From Candidatus Aenigmatarchaeota archaeon (GTDB taxonomy: Archaea; Aenigmatarchaeota; Aenigmatarchaeia; CG10238-14; SpSt-28): a stretch of DNA of 35,295 nt. The notes beneath the pieces are model-generated. The model ran no database searches. It was not told where the DNA came from and worked only from the letters and a program-made list of their open reading frames with translations. A program made the position numbers and the translations under genes. Below, one piece after another: positions 33,662 to 35,295 of the stretch (within the stretch, counting starts at the first letter, position 1; each line of letters opens with the position of its first letter). The stretch is from the NCBI GenBank assembly GCA_032249395.1, contig JAVVFY010000008.1, positions 1-35,295 on the forward strand, given 5' to 3'.

Positions 33662-35295
33662 CTAAGTTGCAATTATTATCCAAAGAAAAATCTTTTTGAT
33701 TATTGTTCCATTTGTTAAATAAATTAATGATGTAAATTGATTTCCCATAGAAGCTGAAGGATTTCCAGAAGAAATCAAATTAATTGTAATATTTTCTTCA
33801 TTTCCAATATTTGCTAATGGTTCTGGAGAAGTGTATTTTCTTATTTTCACATTATCATATCTTAAAGTATAACCGCCTGTCCCTGCATTATATGAAGGGG
33901 ACCATCCTCCTAACATAAAATAGAATGCAGTTCCGCTTGGGAAGAATGAAGATGTATAAGTGTATGTGGAACCAGCAATCCCAACTTGATTTATTGAAGT
34001 TGTTACTTTTATGAAAGCTTTTTTATACCAAGTTCCTGTCGAGAGAACAACATAGTTAGCAAATTTTTCATAAGTTCCGTCTGCATTTGTATCTATGTAA
34101 AAATCTTCGGTTGTTCCAATGTCGTGAAAATGGTATAATCTATATGCAGTAGTCCCGGCACCAGAATTCGAGTTAATTTGAGTTCCAGAATTAACATTTG
34201 ACTGACTAACTATGTAAAAATCATATTCAACATAAAAACCTACTGCCCCGACAGTAAAAGTTCTTGTTGTTCTTTCAATAGTGTGAGCTGTTCCTCCTGG
34301 GTTGCTAATTTGTAAATATCCTCCTGTTTCACTTATTGTTCCTGTCCCTGTATCAACTCTCACCCATTTGTTTGTGTCAATAACTCCATCATCGAAATCA
34401 TCGAAAAAATCAAAAGTATTATCTCCATTGCTTAAGCTATTTGCACTTGGATTTCCATAGTAAACATAAATTGTTTTTGTTGAGCTTGCTGGAATAGAAG
34501 GAACTTTTACCCAAAATCTTCCATCTGCTTCTTGCCAATAGTTTAATAAAGTAGAACCATCACTATCAGTAAATCTTATATCTCCATAATCTAATCTAGC
34601 TTTAGCTTGGTATAGAGCTTGAATTTCTTCTTCACTTAAAGCTCTGTTGTAAATTCGGACTTCATCGATGATGCCAGTAAAGTTATAAACACCCATTTTA
34701 CCTAAAGAACTTCCAATTATCACAGTACCTTCAACTGTATTGCTAGTGCCAGAATTAGTTCTGGTAAAGGAAAGAATACCATTAAGGTAAATGCTCCAAC
34801 TCGTAGAAGTTTGCACAAAAACAACATGGGTCCACGTATTTAATGGGACGACCCCACTTTCCCCTGAATCTTGCAACCAACCATCAACCCAGATTTTATT
34901 TGTTGACTGGTATCCAAGCTTAATAGAACTAGTTGTCCCTCCGATATAAATAATCGTGTCAGAGTTGTACCACCCCGTTCCATGTCCTGCGTTCAAAGGT
35001 TTAATCCAAAAAGAAATCGTAATGTTTTTCTTGTTCAGACTCGGAAAAGTAGGAATATCTACATAATCATCCACTCCATCAAAACTCAAAGCTTTACCAA
35101 ATTTTCCATCAACCCAAACAGGACCATTAACTAAATTTCCATTGTTATTATTACCAGAAGAATCAAAAGCAATTGTTCCTGAACCTTCATTAAAATGCAA
35201 ACTTAATACTAAACCAGTTTCATTGTAAATTGGATTTGTGACTAAAACTTGATAATCATTTAAATTATTAGGATTTGCTGTATTATCTATAGTTA
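33662..35295 (-). CDS. DUF2341 surface protein with nested LamG-like jellyroll domain, 5'-partial
   Basis: Frame is open from the right edge: TIDNTANPNNLNDYQV, then LamG (LHFNEGSG...DSSGN...GKFGKALSFDG...IDEVRIYNRALS), then DYGDIRF, YWQE, WVKVP, YVYYGN, FDFFDDF, RKYTSPEP. Confidence 0.9.
   Translation of the reverse strand, partial: TIDNTANPNNLNDYQVLVTNPIYNETGLVLSLHFNEGSGTIAFDSSGNNNNGNLVNGPVWVDGKFGKALSFDGVDDYVDIPTFPSLNKKNITISFWIKPLNAGHGTGWYNSDTIIYIGGTTSSIKLGYQSTNKIWVDGWLQDSGESGVVPLNTWTHVVFVQTSTSWSIYLNGILSFTRTNSGTSNTVEGTVIIGSSLGKMGVYNFTGIIDEVRIYNRALSEEEIQALYQAKARLDYGDIRFTDSDGSTLLNYWQEADGRFWVKVPSIPASSTKTIYVYYGNPSANSLSNGDNTFDFFDDFDDGVIDTNKWVRVDTGTGTISETGGYLQISNPGGTAHTIERTTRTFTVGAVGFYVEYDFYIVSQSNVNSGTQINSNSGAGTTAYRLYHFHDIGTTEDFYIDTNADGTYEKFANYVVLSTGTWYKKAFIKVTTSINQVGIAGSTYTYTSSFFPSGTAFYFMLGGWSPSYNAGTGGYTLRYDNVKIRKYTSPEPLANIGNEENITINLISSGNPSASMGNQFTSLIYLTNGTIIKKIFLWIIIAT

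Overview
AT-rich archaeal chromosomal fragment, most consistent with a DPANN lineage such as Aenigmarchaeota (inferred from gene content, DUF2341/LamG and class III signal-peptide proteins, and many apparently leaderless genes; not proven). Informational genes: rpl10e, rps8e, rpl37e, aIF-2beta, aIF-5A, deoxyhypusine synthase, Dph2, Cbf5, an NSUN/RsmB methyltransferase plus PUA partner, histone, RPA32-like and NurA. RNA genes: tRNA-Ser(GGA) and a compact, type-M-like RNase P RNA. Also present are two P-type ATPases (the MgtA-like one is frameshifted), a single-domain KaiC plus HTH partner, and a dense thiol-redox region. The best candidate for an undescribed system is at 9533-13438: a membrane-anchored HTH regulator with a CxC loop sits divergent, across a palindromic operator, from an operon encoding a LUD/2x[4Fe-4S] protein (CC tail), a thioredoxin-CcdA fusion with an internal signal peptide, and a CCG-domain (HdrB/LutA-like) protein. 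A second redox unit is a CxxC wHTH regulator divergent from trxA-trxB-gdhA-nadK, followed by a PDO lacking one CxxC. Two DUF2341 surface proteins carry different passenger domains nested in different loops. No CRISPR array, integrase or transposase was seen.
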